Part shown: in pieces, positions 12,701 through 27,700 of the stretch | Layout of the letters: every line of letters begins with the position of its first letter | How positions within the stretch are numbered: position 1 is the stretch's first letter | From: Bugula neritina | Lineage: Eukaryota > Animalia > Bryozoa | Length of the DNA: 64,000 nucleotides | Assembly (NCBI GenBank): GCA_964035545.1 | Contig: OZ037768.1 | Location: 23,035,319 to 23,099,318, forward strand | Direction: 5' to 3' | Program-made: the position numbers and the translations under genes | The notes under the pieces: model-generated | The model's input: the letters and a program-made list of their open reading frames with translations, nothing else | What the model was told of the DNA's origin: nothing | The model's database searches: none

Positions 12701-15700
12701 CTACACTATATATTACTATAATATATATTACTACACTATCTATTACTATACTATATATTACTATACTATCTATTACTATACTATATATTACTATAATATA
12801 TATTACTATAATATATATTACTATACTATATATTACTTACTATATATTACTATATTACGCATACTGACCTGTACAATGCACTCCATTACCCACATATCCT
12901 GGTAGACATTCACATTTAAAGGAACCTTCTAAGTCAGTACATTTAGAATGTGGAGAACATCCAGTCACTAGTCTTTTACACTCATTTTCATCTGTATTAC
13001 CACAAGATAGTGTGTATTATATTTATATATTATATTTATATCCTATATATAAATTTCATAATGTTTGTGTGTGATATGGTATTAAGAAGCATATGTTACT
13101 CATTATGATATTATAATCCCATCTGTAATAAAATACATTAAATCTTATTGGATCATAATAACATTGAAAGAACAGTATTTTTAAGAGCGCAATGCAATTG
13201 GACATGAAAAAACAGGTTTTTAGAAAAAAATAATAATGTATTTACAGAATAGATTAATAGACATTACCATATATTAGAATTGTCTATAATAGCAATGTTG
13301 GTAACCATGACGATATTATACTCACTGACACAATCACCATCTTTGTTTTCAACATAACCTCCAAAACATTCACATTTATAGGAGTCGCCCAGTTTAACAC
13401 AGTTGGAGTTGTTTCCACAATTGTCTAGGCCGGCAATGCAGGGATTGAAAACTACAAGACAGATGGCGCAGTTATAAAATGCGACATCGCACCGTATGCG
13501 TTCAGTAATTGTAACACTATAGAGTTGCACTTACCTACGCACTCTGCCCCTTGGGCTATGTAGCCCTTGGCACACTTGCAGGTATAACTCCCGAATGTAT
13601 CTTCGCACACAGAATTCTCAGAACATTTGTGAGACCCCATCAGACACTCGTCATCATCTGCAATGAGATTAAAGCACGATTACTATACATACTTTGATAA
13701 AAAATAAAAATAATTATAATAACTATTAGTAATATTGTTACAATATGTAAAGATATTATAAATTCAAAAAGAGTCAATTAAATTAAAATGTAAAAATAAA
13801 CTTTTTCTTATGACGAAATGATATATTGTGGAGAATTTACGTTATAAGTAAAGAAATACCAAAGATATACGTACTGATGCAGTTTTCACAGGATCCACTA
13901 AATCCTTTTTTACACTGACATTTATAACTTCCTGGAATATTTACACACTCGGCAAGTGTCCCACAATTCACTTCCTGTTCGTCACATTCATTGATATCTA
14001 AACAAGAAATTATTTTCAGATCTAAGACTCTGCAATCAATATTTGATATTGTTGAAAAATTATAATGATTGGCTAAAAATACAAAGAAAGCATGACTATA
14101 TGATTCATAGACTGAGATTCATAAACTAAGACTTATAGACTGAGTACTGACAAAGACAAAGGTGTCAACAGCTATGAGTCTTTGCCAATATTTCCACTGA
14201 CTTTTAAAAGATTCAAACAACAAATTTCATTTGAAGTCGTCAGTTTTGTAGCTATTGCAGAGAGAAAGTTAGTTACAGTCCGAGTGACCCTTTTTGGGGA
14301 GAAAACTCCCACAGCATATTATATAATACCATAAAGAGAGCATCTAATCATAACCGCCCTGTGTCTACCTGGAGGTAGTAGCATTTGAATACTCACCATT
14401 ACACTGCCTCATCTCGGGGTTGAATCTGTAGCCATCCACACAGTCGCAGGTGTGGGAGCCGTCAGTATTCACGCAGACCGATAAGTCATCACAGTCATCT
14501 CTTCCCGACGTGCACTCATTGATGTCTACAATAGATAGACATTATAGTTTAATATAACATATAATATGTAGACTGATGTATTTTCTTAGAGAATGTATAA
14601 ATAGAATATGTGTTCAAATAATACCAGTTCAAATAGGCAATTGATTGTCATTTCGCATTGGAAAGCTAAATTTCTATCACCAATATTTTGTGCATAATAA
14701 ACAGAAAAGTACGGACCCTTGCAGTTCTCTCCGTCTCCCCGATATCCTTCATGACAGGTACATGTGTATGACCCTTCAGTGTCCTCACAGTCTGCGTGAG
14801 CTGAGCATCTGTGTGTGTTCTCTACACACTCGTCTATATCTATAAATATCACACTCATCTATATCTATAAATATCACACTCATCTACATCTATAAATATC
14901 ACACTCATCTATATATATAAGTATCACACCCATCTATATATATAAATATCACACCCATCTATATCTATAAATATCACACTCATTTATATCTATAAATATC
15001 ACACTCGTCTATATTTATAAATATCTGAGTATGTGTCTATAAATATCAATGTCTGCTTGCATATATTATATATTAGTATGTGTGCTATAAATACTACTGC
15101 GCAATATATTACTGAATATCAGAATGAAGATATAGCAACCTCAGAGTATACAGTCTTTGAATGGTTGACATAATCTTGCAGCTATTTTAAACAAATCAAG
15201 AACTGAATAAAACCAACCAATCACAATACTTGACACTCCAATAAGACTCAAATTCTAAAGCTCAGCACTTTTTAAAAAGTTAGAGCTCACTAAACCTACA
15301 TAGCATAGAAATGAACTATAGAAATAGATTGAATCATTCAAAAAGGCAAAACACTCAAAAACCAAATGCAAAATGCTACAAAAGCTACTCCATTGTGCAG
15401 ACATGATACATTTACAGAACAGTCTGTACTCTATGCTATAGCATCTATGTATGCACATCTTCCCTTTAGAAGAGCGGCTGAATTATAAGCAGAAATGTAT
15501 AACATAGTAAGTAGCTAGTAGTTGGTCACATGACTTTAGTCTCCATGGCGACTGAAAACGCCAACTTACTTGTACACTCAACGAATCCATCGCCCACAAA
15601 TCCAGACTCACATATGCAATCATACGCATCACTTCCTTCCTGCAAGCACAGAGCGTGCTCAGCACATGCGTTGTTGGCAGGATCACAGCTCGGCAAATCT

Positions 15701-18700
15701 ACGGAGCATGAAATAAACTTGAATCAATAAAAAATATTTAAAAAAAATTAAAATGAGTAGAGACAGCCAAGTGGTGAGCCGAAAAAGCAACTTTTCCTAT
15801 TAACATCCTGAAAGACACTTTTAATGTAATGTACTGTTGAAAACTGACCCTAGACTAACGTCTGAGTTATAACATTGAGCTCTACAGTATGTTTCTACTT
15901 AGGACTAACCTGGAACACAGATCTCTCCTTCCTTCTTATATCCCTCCACACATGAACAAGTGAAAGAACCAGGAGTGTCTGTGCATTCAGCAAAATCAGG
16001 GCACACTGACTTCTCTAGCAGACACTCATTGATGTTAGTACAGACTCCCTGAGAGCTCATTGTATATCCTGTGTTACAGGTGCATTGGTATGAGCCAATG
16101 AGGTTCTCACATTCGGAGTTTTCTCCACATGGTGACTCCTCAAGCGGAACGCATTCATTGATGTCTAAAACCATTTTCACAGCATGAACAGTCAAAGTGA
16201 TGAAGGCTCGTATTTAAATGCAAAATAATTTGATTCAATCAATTAAGTTATATTTCATAACTTTGAGTTCAAAAAGAAAGTTCCAATGGCTAGTAGTTCT
16301 AAATTCCACTTTTTACTTTTTGTTATCAAGAATCAAGTTGATAAGAACGACAGTTGATGGTAAAAGTAGAACATGCAAATATTGGAAAATATTTTTACCA
16401 ACTAAAACATTTTTTACTAATTATTAAAAAAAAACAATTATCAGTTGATGATAAGTATTGCTAATAACAAACAGCTAATAACAAACATTATTCTGCTAGC
16501 TTTATTAAAACTGTTCAAAGTTTTAGGACAACTAAAATGCAACAAAAAGAATCATTTATCGTATATCTCATATGCATAATTTGTGTATTTCATTATTTAA
16601 CAACCATTTAAAACTACTTTCTGCTATAAATGAGAGTTGCAACACCATGAAAAAACACCTCTTTAAAAATTTGAAAATAAAATTGCAAATCAAGCAGAAG
16701 AGCTCTATGATAATATCAATATCAAACTCTATAGTTGATCTCAATGACTTACCAAAACATTTCTTAGCATTTCCAGTATCGCTATAGTACCCATCCTTAC
16801 ACTGGCACTTGTACGAGCCGGGAGTGTTGACACAGACTGTAGAATTCTCACATCTATTCCAGCCATTTACACACTCATTCACATCTGCAAAGTACACAAC
16901 TCCCATACTAGACTTAGTCCCATACTTTAATATCTGATAAATGCTCAAATCAACAAGGTCATCAGATACATTAACTTTAAAGTATAACAGCAGTTTAAGG
17001 AGGGTTCCACTTTCATTAACCTGAGGTTTACACTGTATAACCTGAGGTCATCACACTGTATAACCTGAGGTCATTACACTGCATAGCCTTAGGTCATTAC
17101 ACTGTATAGCCTCAGGTCATCACACTGTATAACCTGAGGTCATTACATTGCATAGCCTCAGGTCTACACTGTATAGCCTCAGGTCATCACACTGTATAAC
17201 CTGAGGTCATTACATTGCATAGCCTCAGGTCTACACTGTATAGCCTCAGGTCATTACACTGTACAACCTGAGGTCATTACACTGCATAGCCTCAGGTCAC
17301 TACACTGCATAGCCTTAGGTACACACCGTCACAAATTTTTCCATCGGCAGACTTGGTGTACCCCTCATCGCAGTCACACTTGTAGCTTGGCACGAGGTTT
17401 TTACAAACAGAGTGTTCCGGGCAATCGTGTTTTCCTTTGCATTCATTGATGTCTTCGCACTCTCCTGTAATTAAGCATACCAATAGTACTAGACATCAAT
17501 GCTAAGGTATAAACAGTATTGCTATTACGCGGTGACAATACTGGCGTTGTTTAGTAACATAAAGCTTAGAAAAGAATTTTCTTTACTCTCAGCTTTAAAT
17601 CTTATCTAGTAGTGACATCAGTACATGTATATTATCATATTAGATGTATACATATATAATAGGCTAAATCCTATAGACAATACTAATAAATATATTACTA
17701 CTATACATAATATATTACCAACAATAATATACTATATATCATCATAATAAGTATTACTATTATATTAGCAGTCAAGTTGTTATTAGAATTTAAATCTGAA
17801 CCACAAAATTCAAATCTAGGAGTACATATGTTGCAGAAATTGTTTTATGACATTTTTATCAAGATTTGAGCTCAAACAATTAACAAAATGAAAAATAAAT
17901 AACCTTTTATATTGTATATATTTGTTTTAAATAAAAGTACACTATCAATATACATTACTATATTATATTACTACTGTATTACACTGTATTACTATATTCC
18001 TGTATTATTATATTACTACTGTATTACACTGTATTACTATATTCCTGTATTATTATATTACTACTGTATTACACTGTATTACTACAAGTTTCTCACCTGT
18101 AAACTTGTATCCTTCCTCACACTCACAAGAGTAGGTCCCGGGCCTATTCCGGCAAGTGGCTCCCTCTACATCGCAATCATTTGGCTCATCACACTCATTG
18201 ATGTCTAAGTAGAAGATATAACAATATAAAACACTACAGGTTACTAGTTCTGTACAACTCTACTTCCAAAATTACTAGTCAGAATGAAGCTCTAGCTTTA
18301 TTATTACATAACAATTATTATATAACAATACGTTTTACATAACAGTGTATTTCCTGAAGTTTTTATTTTTAAATATTTCTCTCAAAACACATGCAGTATG
18401 CATAGAACCTTTACATATTACATGTATAACAGTGACATTGTTCACTGCGCCTTAAAATATGTCCCACATAACGTATAATAAATTTAAATACATTCCATAT
18501 ACTAAATTAAATTTTACTTATTTATATATAAAATACTTTTATATATAATACATTACACATTATTTATATATACTACACAAAATTACTTTATACATAATGC
18601 AATAAAATGCATTAATATAATATAATACATAAAAAGAATTTATATGTTATATACTGAAAGCATTCTATATATAATATTATATTGAAATATTTTACATAAT

Positions 18701-21700
18701 GTATTATATATCCTTTGAATAAATAATAAAATACATTTTATAATATATTATATTAATTTATATATAAAACAATAAAATGCTTTAATATATACATATAATA
18801 ACGCATAAAAGCATTTTATACATAATAATATATTAAACTACTTTATATATAAAATAATAAACTACTTTATATGTATATTACATACAACATACAAGTGTAT
18901 GTCCCTCTACTCACCTTCACAACCATCACTTCCAATCCTGTACCCTTTCTTACAGAAGCACGTATTAGTAACACACACAGAGTTATCTCCACACGAGTGA
19001 GGCTCACTGCTGTTTTTACCATCCGTCTCACAAGTCACTTTCCATGTACAATCATCTAGCAGGGCAGTTGTTTGAGCCTGTAAAGCCAGTCTAGACATGT
19101 TTTCTATCTTATGTATAGAATCACTCTGTTAGTTGGGTCTTTCTGAAGTCTACAGTTACTCTATTATTTAGCTATAATTCCATGAACATAGATCTATAAT
19201 CATTCTATTACTTATCTACAATAATAGCTTTAGAGCATGTTTACAATGTCTACAATTAATCTGCAACATATTCATTATCCCTCTACTATATGCCTACGTG
19301 CATGCTATAATTTTATCTAATAAAATTCTATAAAATATGTAATTACTATCAATGTATTATTATATCGTGTTTAAAACTAGTCTATGATAGACCGATTTCC
19401 CAACCGTTACTTACGGGAAGGGGGCTAACCATCCCCTCAATTTCGCAGCTAATAAGTTTGCTGCACTCCTCTTTGGGAATGCAAGCGTCTCCATGTCTCA
19501 CAAAACCTTCCACACACTGGCACTGAATCGTGATGTGTTTGGGGTCGTTTTCCTTGCATAGCAGGTCCAGTTGCTTTCCCTCGCAGTTCTTTACACACAC
19601 TCCTTTCTCTACTTTAAACACTTCATTGGCTCCACACTCAACGGCTGTAGTGTGCAATGGTAGGTCATGCATGTATATAATACAGGTTTAGTCAAACTGT
19701 AAATTTGATGAAAGTTTTAAAAATAATCATTGAGGAATTTTGAAAGTTAAAATGACAGAATAATTGATTATAATAGTTTTCCAAAAGGTTAGAAAATTAC
19801 CTTAGAAATCGATTTAGGTTTTTACACATGAAGAATGAACAATGAAGAAAACAATCAATTATTCTATCATTTCTTATATAGGTTAGATGACCATAGCAGC
19901 TAACAGCACTTATTGTGAGGAAATAGAGTTTGCTTCTGTCCTTCTAAGTGGAAGCAACTCCAAACAATACTGAGAGAGACAGGAAAATGTCTATTAAATA
20001 AAAGAGAATGAAGACTCACGACACAGATTAGGTGAGCGGTGCTGCACAGGTATGAAGTGTGTGTTGATACAGGTATCAGCAAAAGCCGACAGGTAATCAC
20101 AGATTGTCTCTTCGGTCTTCATCTGACAAAAGTCAAACACGCATTCTTCCAGAACGTTCTTCACATACTCCTCCGGATCGTCAAACAGCTTCAAACATTT
20201 CTGAAACAGCAGACAAATGTATTTCTATGAAACAGCAGACGAATGCATTTCTATGAAACAGCAGACGAATGCATTTCTATAAAGCAAATTGGAAATGTAA
20301 CTCTATAACAGCAAAAACTTCTAAAAAAAGCAACATACTACAACTATATACCAAAGAAATCCATAATCACCTTAATATGTGTCAGTTTATACTTTTCAGT
20401 AATGAATTTGACAAATGTAATTACAAGAACACAATAATAATAAGATAAGAGATATAGTCATAAGCTGCATTCTAATACAAAAGAAATACAAGTCTGCGTT
20501 CACCTTAGCTTCCTCATCATCCTTGAAGAAGCGCTCGATGACTCCACATTTAGCCCTGGCTTTCTGTTTGTCCAGCTCAGAGCACGGTTTCAGCGGATCT
20601 GCAGCTACACAAGGCTCGTTGTCATTACAGTCCACGTCGCTGTCGAAGTCGTCTGTCCTCCAGGAGTTGCCCCACTTATGTTCATTGCTGATCTATCAGT
20701 AAAGATTACAGCGTATTAAAACAAAACTACATAGAATTTTTTAAAAGTTTGAATAAAAACAAACAGCCAAATAATAAAAGGCAAATATAGATGTAATGTT
20801 TTGTATGGAGCTTTTTACCACATGTGTATGTCATAGCAACAGTATGCTAGTTTATTACAAAGCACTAGCATGTGAAATCCACAATCAAGTGAGAAACTTT
20901 GTTGGTTCAATTTTTTAGCCAACAATATTTAAATAAAGCTGCAGCTGCAAAGCTATTTCTCTAACACTCGACTAGGTATACATTTTATACCAACATAGCT
21001 TCAATATCAACATAGCCATAGAAGCTAATAGGTACTTACAATGATGCCAGGGCCCTCTGGCCCCCCACACTTGGGACCTGTAGTAAAGTCATCTGTAGGA
21101 TCTAGGTTATAGTTTCCACAGAGACCACAGATGTTGCTCTGGTAGGAAGGCCTCACTTTCATCTCAAAGATGTGCCCTCTGCTGTATTCAATCTCTATTC
21201 CTAGCTTCACATCTATGAACGTCTGCAATATATGAGAGGGGGGAGATAGACTTAACAATAACACGGTTGGTTCATAGGCTACATGGTTCAAGAATGCACT
21301 TTTGTTTCAAGTTTTATAAGTTTTGATTTTTTTATAAAGATAAACATTTCAGATCGATTTACTTCACTGTTATTAAAAGTCAAATAATGAAAAGTATTGC
21401 ATAAGTGTAAAACTGAAAAGTACAGAAAAAAGCCACATATCTATGATGAAGCATAAATTATTACTAAATTACCCTGCTTCGTGACAACTTCAAAGAAATT
21501 ATTTTGTTAAGAAATGAATGAGGCTTTCTCAGCCTCAGAAATGCCAATGCAATGTTTAGCTAACATGTAATAAATATGAAACATTGCAATAAAGGAGTAT
21601 AACTAAATAATTTACAAAATTCCTGATGAAAAAAAAAGCTAATAAACAAGGATTTTCTATTTGATAGAACTTGTATAGAAGTTATAAATCTACTAATTCT

Positions 21701-24700
21701 ACAGATTTACACAAAAGAGATCTAAAATGCCAGTAGTTACTAGAAGTAGTTTATTCAGTTACAGCTTTTTTATTTAGTTTATTCAAAATATTTCACATCT
21801 GGGGTACATTAGGCCACTTCACCATACTACCGTGTAGAATGGATATACTCACAGCTACTGGCCGTTTGGGCATTACAATGATGCCGTCAAGGGTTGTGTA
21901 CGGCTTAGTGATTAATGCACCATTGAGATGTACAACACCATGTCCACTGAACGTTACCGTCTACAAATATTAATATAGTATAGTATATTGTAAATGTTAT
22001 AATAATATATCATACTAAATCATATAGCATTGCATAATAGTTTATTATAGCACATTATAGTAAATTATATAATAGTAAATTATATCACATTATATATTAC
22101 TATACAATAATATATTATATTACATTACATATTATTATACAATAATACATTATATTACATTACATATATTATTATACAATAATATATTATATTACATTAT
22201 ATAAATTATTATACAATAATATATTGCAGTACATTATAAATGATTATAAGAAGTGATGAGGAAGTGAAAAATTGGTGTTAACTTTACATGAAAAAAAATC
22301 AAAGTTAGATTTGGCAACTGAAATGTAACACTTGATACAGCATTAGCAACGGTCAAAAAATATACTAAAGTAAAAATCAACTTGCCAACTGAACTTCTTG
22401 CATATTTACTAAACCAATTATATCTGAATAAACTATGTAACTAAGATTAGTTCCACGAATATAACTTAAGACTTGACCAATGAACACTAATGTTACAGAC
22501 ATGAATTACCACTCGGCCAATCAAAATAAGTGTTACAGTCAGAACTCACCAAGTTTCTGCCTCCATGGAGTCGTATATGAAGAACTTTCATCATGGAAGT
22601 CGCAATGTGAGGTTTCCATCTTTTGAAGTCTCCGTCAACTTCAAAGTTGGGTAAGTTTCCATTCGGGTGGCCGTCTTTGCACTCATCCCTCACCATCGTG
22701 TATATGCACATGCCTTGGTAGTCGTGTTTCCTGTTGTCATACGTGTAGCAATGTGGGTCCCCTCTGCATCGGCACGACACACCTACAGATGAAACAAGGC
22801 TAATTCAAAGTTGAAGTTTACATAATTCAAAATAAACTAAAGTTAGACAAAACAGAGGAAATGTGAAAAGTTTGAAAGTCGAATCATATAAAGCATCATT
22901 TATACACCTGAGCTTAGTTCTAATAATCTGTATATGTAAGGCAAAATCTTCGAAACCAAAAAATTACATAAGGGAAAAAGACAAAACAAAAGTACAAAGA
23001 GTTCCATAAATTCTCACTGTCTATGCAAAGTACCAACATATATCTAACCCAGAGTGCTATTTGCTGAACTAAATAGTGCCTTAAATGCATTGATTTCAAC
23101 CGCCATAATGCTTTGAACACTATAAACATTATATATGTTTTATAATTCATACTTTTTATTAAAAAGGTATTAGTAAATCTTTCAAAGTGCATTTGCTAAA
23201 AAGGTTTGCCCTCCTATATCAAAGAATATATTTTACTAATGCAAGCACTCTTCTAGTATGTAGATTCAGTAATTCTTCTCAACATTTCCAATTACATAAG
23301 AATATTCTAGAGTGCAAAAGAAGCAAATTAGCCAATCAGATCTCTTTGTCAAACTATGGTCATGTGACCAAACACTCTCCAAGTTTTTTTGTAGTGTGCT
23401 AATGACGCACTAGAGGTAGACCTAATCACAAAGTTCAAGGTCAAACATACGCTGCTCTCTGAAGCACATATTGCACGTGTCAGCGCATTCTACTATCATA
23501 TCCTCCGACTCTGTCAGACATTTCCCTTTTTCCTTTCGTGTCTGGCAGTCAGTTGCTTCATCAAAACATCCATTAGGACCTGTAAATTTGTGCAAAATCA
23601 CTAAAGAACACTTGAAAAGGGGAAGCATCACTGGAAAAACACAACTTAAACATTAATTAACCCCATCAACCAAATTTTAAGAAAAATATCGACCATGATG
23701 ATAACCGGTCACAATGAAATGAAAACAAAACTTGATTACCATTTCACTTTAACTCTTTCCCAACTAGTAACAAAGAACTAACCTCGTACTTTCTCTGTCC
23801 AGCACTTGGCACACGTAGATTTGCAAACTTCTATTATGCTGCAAATAAAATTGTAAACCATAAATATATCATAATATCAGATATGCTATAAATGGTCCAC
23901 AACATGCCATAGATTAAAAATGGAAATATACAAAATCTTGTGCAATTTTTCAAGTTTCGTATTTTCCATTAGTCCATAGAATTGCAAGTATTTGAACATT
24001 TCATCAGGTTAAATACTCTATTCTCAATACTATTAAGTGAACGAATAAGCGAGTGAGTGAGTGAGTGAGTGAGTGAGTGAGTGAGTGAGTGAGTGAGTGA
24101 GTGAGTGAGTGAGTGAGCGACCGAGCGAGCGAGAGAGTGAGTGAGTGAGTGAGTGAGTGAGTGAGTGAGTGAGTGAGTGAGTGAGTGAGTGAGTGAGTGA
24201 GTGAGTGAGTGAGTGAGTGAGTGAGTGAGTGAGCGAGCGAGTGAGAGAGTGAGTACAACTGGGCTCTAATAAAGAGACTTATCATGTTTGCTGGCTTCAG
24301 ACAGAATTGCAGTAACTTCACACATGCACCTACCTGGGTTCTTCACACCTGACAGTGTTGGCATACTGGGCGCATGCTGCAGGCCTGTCATCTTTACACG
24401 CTACAGAGAACCAGAAAGTCAGCTATGTTGACATTGTATGTATGAGCTTGTTTATATAATAGAGCCACATTACCTAATGAATTTAATTTCTCATGATACT
24501 ACAATTAAAGTCTATTTCTAACAATAGTCAATCTATGCATGAAACCATTAGACAAATAAACCAAATAACATAATGATGGTCACTGTAATGTTTACAAGCT
24601 CAATCAAGCATATTGCTTACATTCAAACATTTAAAAAACTCATAAAATATTTAGCCTGTGTGAAACCTGGTGAGTTTTTCTAAGGATTACGAGTTGTGAC

Positions 24701-27700
24701 CCACCCGGCCCGCCTTCTATAGAGTAGATGGAGTTTCTCCAAGGTCCTCCGCAAATCTGAGCCTTGTTACCATCACATTGTTTGTTACAGTCGGACTCTT
24801 TGGTCCTGCCGTATTTGTTATAGTCGTTGCTACAGAAACACTGGAAGGAGAACTGGGTCCCTGCGTACTTGAATCCTATGGAAGTTAGCAGACGTACAGC
24901 AAACAGCAGACAATCTAATACTGACTTACAGCATTAGTATGAAATGTATCTAGGAAGTAACAGGGCTAATGGAGCATAGTAAAGCTATGGAAACAGTATG
25001 AATAATACTATATATATAGAAACAGGGGAGAAATAGTAAATATATATAGAGACAGGGGAGGATAATTCTGACAGCTGTTACTACTACTACTACTGAGTAT
25101 ATGTATAACTAAACACTCTACCTTTGGATTTACAGAGGCTCACACATTTCTCGATAGTGTTGGTGCCAGCGAGTTTCTTTGAGAACTCGTCCAAATCTCG
25201 AACTCTTCGGTCTTCAAAGCAGCCCAAATAACTGACGTCTGCAGAACAAAATGTACTGCTATGTTGGACCTTCTTCTGTATTCACTCTATCAGTGTTATT
25301 TTGGATGATTGAACAAAAATACAATTGCAGTACAAATCACCACAAGAGGCAAAGCAATGATGTTCCCAGAGTTGGGTTAACCAAAATAACTTGTGTTAAA
25401 AATAGATACATATAAATTATTTCAATCTCAAGTTTAAACTACAAAATTCGAATGTTTTGAATGTATAAAGCTGTTAGATATAAATAGTTTGATTTTTCAA
25501 GAATCTCTAATGTCAAAGCTGCATGCTACACATTCTGATACATGAGAAGAGATCATGAGACTGTATGACATACCAAGACCAGTAGAGTAGACAGAGTTGC
25601 GCCATGAGCCTCCACACTTCTCCTTCTTGTTTCCAGAACAATCTCTGTCACATTCCTTAAGAGGTTTTTCCCGGTACTTTCCGTAATCGTTTCCGCAGAA
25701 GCACTGCTTGGCAAACTGCAAACCGGCAAACTTAAATCCTGAAAAATTAAATTGCACAATAATATAACATAATGCTCAACCCCAAATGTTTGTATATGAA
25801 CCATTTATTAGGATATAAAAAATATAATTGAGTGACATTTTAAAGATAAAATTAAAAAAACTGTTTGAGCAATGTTAGAGCATTATAAAAATTTGCTATG
25901 CTTGTAATATATATATGTATATTGCTTTCTAGTATAAGGCTAAAAGGCAATGCTTCATTTATGTTCAGAGTTTTGTTCATTCCTCTACATATCTATAAAA
26001 GTACAAGAACACAGACAGCATAATATCTAAATCGTAGCTGTCTGCTAAATAAGGATAAATTATATTTTAAAATTTACTAACAGCACTTCCTACACAAGGA
26101 GATGAAGATTGATAACTGCAATGAGTTTACTAAACTAAAACGACAACGTGAAGCCATCACCCACCTCTCCTTTTACAATAGATAATGCATTGCCGCACCC
26201 CGTTTGTTGTGTCAAACGTAGCCTTTAGACCATCCAAATCCCGATCTTGCTCGTCTTCAAAGCAGCCCATGTACTGCGTGTCAATGGGTAACGGTTCTAC
26301 AGATAATCATATACTGTGCAAGATTGAACAACTATTAACACGGAACAGCCTGTACAGCTAAAACTTTTTATTACTCAAAGTTGCTACTTTATCAAACCCG
26401 ATTTTATTATGAAGTATGAAGTATAAGATGGTCATAAGGAGGCCAATCAAATTCCGTTTTTCTATTTGCTAAAATGAAATACAGTCTCATCATTGGCTGA
26501 GAGTTGAAGACATATTTCCTATGAGTAACACTCACCTATTGCTTTGCTAGACATTAAACCAAGGCATTAAAAATGCATTAGATTTTAACTTTTTACAAAG
26601 AAATTATGGCCTGCTTTTTTATTTTTTTTCAATGAGAAAGTTGCAACTAATTTTTCTACACAAGTGGCTGGTTTAGAGGCAGGAAAAGCATAGCAGGAAT
26701 TGTCCTTGGCCTTTGAAAGAAAAGCAATACTGACTAGCCATTCCTAGCTCTTAGTAAATAATTGAATCTAGAGGCGCAATTTGTATTGAATTACTGTTGA
26801 TACAACCTCACAATAAATACAATGAATAGTCTGAACTTGTGTAATAATTCAATTAAACTGAAAAAGTTTAGTATCTTTAAGCAAATAGATAGTAGCCATG
26901 AACAGGCAACTGGTGAGCAGAGGAAATGCTAAACTTACTAATGCCGGTAGAGTAGACGTTGTTCCTCCACGAACCACCACAGAGCTGGTCTGGATTCCCA
27001 GAACATTTCTTGTTACAATCGCTTTCACTCTTTACACCGTATTTACCATATGAGTTTCCACAGAAGCACTGATTACCATTCTGTACCCCAGCATACTTCA
27101 GATCTACGCAAATATAAGCACAGTACCACTGAAATAAAAATCAAAAATGAGATAAAATCCCAAAGAGTAATTACTAACTAGCGCCAACAATCTAAATTTG
27201 AAACTAAAGAATTTGGTAGCATGTGGTTTATCAATGTGACACCTACTTTGTGTCCTGCAGGCAGCAATACAGGCATCATGACTGTTATCGTTCAGCTGAA
27301 CAAAGTATCCGGAGAGATCTCGGGTTTCCTGGTCCTCATAACAACCCATGTACTCTACAGTTGCTAGGGAGCCTTCAAAAATCAAGACAGACCGCAATTA
27401 CAGTATCTGATAGTTTATTACCTTCTATACACAAGAGAATAACTTGTACATCAGCAAGATATGACTGTGACTACAAAAACTTTTTTACAATTTTAGAGAT
27501 TTATTAAAAGATAGCACATATAATAAAATATATGTTAAGCGGAATTTGAGGTCAAAATGAAGCAGAAATTGTAAAATATAGAATATATTAAAAGCCGCCA
27601 TGACACTGGGAATGTTGATAATTGCTTTTAGTTCATTTTTTAGTGTTTATGCTTTATAATGTAAACAATTTTTGACAAAACAAAACCTAGGCATTTTAAA

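Noticed and set aside
14733-14741. RGD in EGF (GYRGDGENC)
   Set aside because: Falls in the generic G[YF]xG[DN]G EGF consensus; no evidence for integrin binding.
827-18204. Naming the genes fibrillin, Notch, SCO-spondin, zonadhesin or Slit
   Set aside because: No TB, LNR, LDLa, MAM or LRR domains or transmembrane segment are seen in the window, so no gene symbol is assigned.
24004-24321. THSL-repeat ORF (also the poly-T ORF at 51767-52015 and the YI-repeat ORF at 48013-48198)
   Set aside because: Microsatellite translations; the poly-Thr is not a mucin PTS exon.
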